Part shown: piece after piece, positions 60,292 through 64,000 of the stretch
Position numbering within the stretch: position 1 is the stretch's first letter
Layout of the letters: each line of letters opens with the position of its first letter
Assembly (NCBI GenBank): GCA_900617105.1
Contig: UYFQ01000011.1
Span: 1 to 64,000 of the forward strand
Origin: Hydrurus foetidus
Taxonomy: Eukaryota
DNA length: 64,000 nucleotides
Direction: 5' to 3'
Notes under the pieces: model-generated
Told to the model about the DNA's origin: nothing
Database searches by the model: none
The model's input: only the letters and a program-made list of their open reading frames with translations
Translations under genes and position numbers: made by a program

Positions 60292-62814
60292 ATGAATCTC
60301 TCTTTTTGGCGCCTGGGCTGGCGCACTCTGTGGCGCGATGTTCGCTCTGGCGATCTGCGCCTCGTCATCGTGGCCGTCACGCTGGCCGTGGCCGCCCTCA
60401 CCGCCGTGGGCTTTTTTGCGGACCGCCTGCAGGGCGGCCTGCAGCGCGACGCGCGCCAGCTGCTGGGCGGCGACGCCGTCATCTCCAGCGACAACCCACC
60501 GCCGCCCGCATTTGAAGCACAGGCCCGCACGCTGGGTCTGCAGGTTGTCCACACGCTGGGCTTTCCGACCATGGCGCGCGCCAGCGATGGCCAGGGTGGC
60601 GCGGCCAAGCTGGTGGCGCTCAAGGCGGTGGAGCCTGGCTATCCGCTGCGCGGCGCCCTGCGCGTGAGCAGTGCGCCCGATGCGCCCGACGCTCCGACCA
60701 AGGACACGCCCGCCAAAGGCCAGGCCTGGGTAGACGCTACGCTGTTGGAGGCCATTGGCCTGAAGGTGGGCGACACGCTGTTGCTGGGCGACAGCCAGTT
60801 CACGGTGGCCCGCATCATCGTGATCGAGCCGGACCGCGGTGGTGGCTTCATGAACTTTGCGCCACGCGTGATGATCACGCGGGCCGACCTGCAGGCCACT
60901 GGCCTGGTGCAACCGGCCAGCCGCTTGAACTACCGCATGGCCGTGGCCGGTGACGAGCCGGCGGTGCGCAAGTTTGTTACCTGGGCCGACGCGCAGGTGA
61001 AGACCGGCGGTGTGCGCGGCGTGCGCGTGGAGTCGCTGCAAAGCGGCCGCCCCGAGATGAGCCAGACGCTGGACCGCGCCAATAAATTCCTGAGCCTGGT
61101 GGCCCTGCTGGCAGCCTTGTTGAGTGCCGTGGCGGTCGCCTTGGCCGCCCGCGCCTTTGCCACCAACCATCTGGACGACTGCGCCATGCTGCGCGTGCTG
61201 GGCCTGTCCCAGCGCACCATTGCCAGTAGCTACGCGTTCGAGTTCGCGCTGGTGGGGCTGTTTGCCAGCGCGCTGGGTGTGTTGATTGGCTATGGCGTGC
61301 ACTACCTGTTTGTGGCCCTGCTGGCCGGCTTGGTGGATGCGGCGCTGCCTGCGGCATCGCTGTGGCCGGTGGCGCTGGGGCTGGGCATGGGCCTCACGCT
61401 GCTGATGGCCTTTGGCCTGCCGCCCGTGCTGCAGCTGGCCCAAGTGCCCGCGCTGCGCGTGATCCGCCGCGATGTGGGCAATTTGCGCCCGGCGTCCCTC
61501 GGCGTGCTGGCGATTGGTGTGGCCGGCTTTGCCGCGCTGCTGCTGACGGTGAGCAGTGACCTGATGCTGGGCCTGATTGCCGTGGGGGGCTTTGCGGCCG
61601 CGGTACTGGTGTTTGCGGGCCTGAGCTGGGTGGCGGTGAAGCTGCTGCGCAAGAGTGTGAACGAGGCCACCGCACCGCGCTGGCTGGTGCTGGCCACGCG
61701 CCAGGTGTCGGCCCGCCCGGCCTACACCGTGGTGCAGGTGAGTGCGCTGGCTGTGGGTCTGCTGGCGCTGGTGCTGCTGGTGCTGCTGCGTACCGACCTG
61801 ATCAGCAGCTGGCGCAAGGCCACGCCGCCCGATGCGCCGAACCGCTTTGTCATCAACGTGATGCCCGAGCAGTCCGACGCCTTCCGCAAGGCGCTGACCG
61901 ACCAGGGCGTGACCAAGTTCGACTGGTACCCCATGATCCGCGGCCGCCTGGTGGCGGTGAATGGCAAAGACATCTCGCCCGATGACTTCACCGAAGACCG
62001 CGCCAAGCGCCTGGTGGACCGCGAGTTCAACCTCTCCAACAGCGCCAAGAGCCCGCCGTACAACCTCGTCGTGGGCGGAAAGTGGACCGAGGACGAAGAG
62101 GGCGCCGTGAGCGTAGAAGAGGGCATTGCCAAGACGCTGAACCTCAAGCTGGGCGACAGCCTGCGCTTTGACATCGGCGGTATGCAAACCGAATCCAAGA
62201 TCACCTCGCTGCGCAAAGTGGACTGGGGCTCCATGCGCGCCAACTTCTTTGTGATGTACCCGGTGGCCGTGCTCAAGGACGTGCCCAGCACCTTCATGGG
62301 CGCCTTCAAGGCGCCCGAGACCAAGGGCTTTGACAACGCGTTGGTGCGCCAATTTCCCAACGTGACCGATGTGGACATGACCACCACCATCAACCAGGTG
62401 CAGCGCGTGCTGGACCAGGTGATACGTGCGGTGGAGTTTTTGTTTGGCTTCACGCTGGCCGCCGGCCTGGTGGTGCTGTTTGCCGCAGTCACCGCCACGC
62501 GCGAGGACCGCGCACGCGAGTTCGCCATCATGCGGGCTGTGGGCGCAGGCAGCAGCCTGCTGCGCCAGGTGCAGCGCACCGAGTTGGCCGGTGTCGGCCT
62601 GCTGGCGGGCTTTCTGGCGTCCATCGTGGCTGCTGCCGTAGGCTGGGCGCTGGCGCGCTACGTGTTCGAGTTCGACTGGACCGTGTCGCTGTGGGTGCCA
62701 CTGCTAGGCGCACTGGCCGGCGCCGTGCTGGCGCTGGCCGCCGGCTGGTGGGGCCTGCGCGATGTGCTGCGTCGCCCGGTGGTGGAGACGCTGCGGCGGG
62801 CGTCTACCAATTGA
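60292..62814 (+). CDS. YbbP-like FtsX-family ABC permease
   Basis: LLGGD, LKAVEPGYPLRG, PDAPNRFVIN, VDWGSMRANFF; two TM blocks. Confidence 0.9.
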   Translation: MNLSFWRLGWRTLWRDVRSGDLRLVIVAVTLAVAALTAVGFFADRLQGGLQRDARQLLGGDAVISSDNPPPPAFEAQARTLGLQVVHTLGFPTMARASDGQGGAAKLVALKAVEPGYPLRGALRVSSAPDAPDAPTKDTPAKGQAWVDATLLEAIGLKVGDTLLLGDSQFTVARIIVIEPDRGGGFMNFAPRVMITRADLQATGLVQPASRLNYRMAVAGDEPAVRKFVTWADAQVKTGGVRGVRVESLQSGRPEMSQTLDRANKFLSLVALLAALLSAVAVALAARAFATNHLDDCAMLRVLGLSQRTIASSYAFEFALVGLFASALGVLIGYGVHYLFVALLAGLVDAALPAASLWPVALGLGMGLTLLMAFGLPPVLQLAQVPALRVIRRDVGNLRPASLGVLAIGVAGFAALLLTVSSDLMLGLIAVGGFAAAVLVFAGLSWVAVKLLRKSVNEATAPRWLVLATRQVSARPAYTVVQVSALAVGLLALVLLVLLRTDLISSWRKATPPDAPNRFVINVMPEQSDAFRKALTDQGVTKFDWYPMIRGRLVAVNGKDISPDDFTEDRAKRLVDREFNLSNSAKSPPYNLVVGGKWTEDEEGAVSVEEGIAKTLNLKLGDSLRFDIGGMQTESKITSLRKVDWGSMRANFFVMYPVAVLKDVPSTFMGAFKAPETKGFDNALVRQFPNVTDVDMTTTINQVQRVLDQVIRAVEFLFGFTLAAGLVVLFAAVTATREDRAREFAIMRAVGAGSSLLRQVQRTELAGVGLLAGFLASIVAAAVGWALARYVFEFDWTVSLWVPLLGALAGAVLALAAGWWGLRDVLRRPVVETLRRASTN

Positions 62815-62854
62815 CGTAGCCAAATTTGCTTCAGTCGAAGCAAAAATGGCTACG
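62815..62854. terminator. Hairpin immediately after permease stop
   Basis: CGTAGCCAAATTTGCTTC-agtc-GAAGCAAAAATGGCTACG; no strong U tract. Confidence 0.5.
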
Positions 62855-62878
62855 CAGTAGCTCTTGTATTTCAATTGA

Positions 62879-62928
62879 ATGTCTGTAATATTAGTCATTA
62901 ATTAGATTAAGACTAAAATTACGGACAT
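62879..62928. promoter_or_regulatory. Inverted-repeat operator overlapping antitoxin start codon
   Basis: ATGTCTGTAATATTAGTC / GACTAAAATTACGGACAT (16/18 complementary), AT-rich spacer. Confidence 0.7.
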
Positions 62929-63268
62929 GAAGTACGAGGAAAAACCCCTTATTGCACCCCGGCATCTGGCGGAAGCCCAGGCGCTCGGTGCCAAGCTGGC
63001 CCGATTGCGGCAGGCCCGCAAAATCCGCCAAGCCGATGCGGCTGCGCGTGCCGGTTTGTCCCGTTCCACTGCGGTCTTGATCGAAAAGGGCGACGCTAGC
63101 CGCACGCTTGGCCAGATTTACCGCTACCTGGAGGCCATCGCCCCGGGGCTGTCGCTGCCAGCCTTGCTGCAAGAGAGCGACCCTTCGCTCAGCGCTCTGG
63201 CGCAGGCAGAGGCTACCCAGCGCGTGCGCCCCATGTCTGCCACTGAACTGCAGTCGCTGGACTTCTGA
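62927..63268 (+). CDS. XRE/HTH protein, HipB-like antitoxin
   Basis: LRQARKIRQADAAARAGLSRST..LIEKG; TGATG coupling to toxin. Confidence 0.85.
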   Translation: MKYEEKPLIAPRHLAEAQALGAKLARLRQARKIRQADAAARAGLSRSTAVLIEKGDASRTLGQIYRYLEAIAPGLSLPALLQESDPSLSALAQAEATQRVRPMSATELQSLDF

Positions 63269-64000
63269 TGCCCCAGCGCACGCTCTATGTATTCACGCAC
63301 CTGACCGAAGGCTGGGCGCCCGCCGGGCGCCTGTCGCTCACCCAGGAGCGCGATGTTGTGGCCTCCAGCTTCGCCTACGGCACCCGATACATCGATCGGC
63401 CAGATGCCTTTGAGATCGACCCCGTCAGCCTGAGCTTGGCAGACAAGGCGCGTGTGCGCGGTGCAGAGCTGTTCCCCATCAATCAGCTCAGCCAGTTTGG
63501 CGGTATTCGCGATGCTGCACCCGATGCCTGGGGCCGCCGCGTGATCGAAGCCCAGCGCCGCGTCCCCGCCAATAGCCTGACGGAGGCCGACTATTTGCTG
63601 GGCGCGGGCAGCGACCGTGTGGGCGCACTGGATGTGCGCGAGTCGCTGGACAGCCCGGTACACGCGGGCGCAGCGCCCATTCGCTCGCTGCCCTACATGC
63701 TGGAGGCCGCCGAGCGCATTGAGCAAGGCCTGCCCATACCCGCCGCCTTGGCCGATGTGTTTGGAGCCGGCCCCAGCGCGGGTGGTGCGCGGCCCAAGGC
63801 CTCAGTGCGCGACGAGGCGGGCGCGCTCTGGCTGGCCAAGTTCGCGGCCGTGGGCGACACCCTGGACATGGCCTGGGCCGAGAGCTGCACACTGCAACTG
63901 GCCGGCCGCTGCGGCTTAGCGGTGCCCGAGGTCAAGGTCGTGGACATCGGCGGAAAATCGGTGCTGCTGGTGCGCCGTTTTGACCGCACCGTGGCTGACA
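63268..64000 (+). CDS. HipA-family kinase toxin; 3' end outside window
   Basis: Manual translation: SFAYG, IDPVSL, DAAPDAWGRRVI, SDRVGAL, SAGGARPKA, LAKF, LLVRRFDR. Confidence 0.88.
   Translation, partial: MPQRTLYVFTHLTEGWAPAGRLSLTQERDVVASSFAYGTRYIDRPDAFEIDPVSLSLADKARVRGAELFPINQLSQFGGIRDAAPDAWGRRVIEAQRRVPANSLTEADYLLGAGSDRVGALDVRESLDSPVHAGAAPIRSLPYMLEAAERIEQGLPIPAALADVFGAGPSAGGARPKASVRDEAGALWLAKFAAVGDTLDMAWAESCTLQLAGRCGLAVPEVKVVDIGGKSVLLVRRFDRTVAD

Noticed and set aside
60292..62814. YbbP-like permease lacking an adjacent ATPase
   Set aside because: The partner may be encoded elsewhere; cannot be judged from this window.

Overview
GC-rich betaproteobacterial chromosome segment; gene content and repeat families suggest Comamonadaceae (inference). 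Core genes: ctpA (partial), gpmA, rhodanese-grxC-secB-gpsA, panBC, scpA, nadC-nadA, nadB, metG, apbC. Also present: a cyanophycin locus (two cphA paralogues, divergent ABC exporter, DUF1854); a PadR-controlled fadH/enoyl-CoA hydratase unit; a probable tungsten-type NAD-linked formate dehydrogenase cluster (OFA transporter, beta, alpha, fdhD, tupBCA, mobA, moeA); and a HipB/HipA-like pair at the right edge. At 30.9-42.4 kb lies a CDI-like two-partner toxin locus that looks disarmed. Its TpsB gene has one in-frame TAA, an 8-stranded OM barrel gene sits between tpsB and tpsA, and the TpsA C-terminal toxin is of a family I cannot name. An IS3 without target duplication clips the immunity gene and abuts a headless AHH toxin plus Imm11. 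Least explained signals: (1) a ~480-bp low-GC patch covering the anticodon-binding domain of intact metG; (2) a ~50-60-bp dispersed repeat in 8 copies, 6 of them within or overlapping genes; (3) two 92-bp hairpins with different stems but a conserved loop, inverted around one gene; (4) an in-frame palindrome in FDH alpha; (5) an internally deleted panD. Annotations come from motif recognition only; no searches were run.
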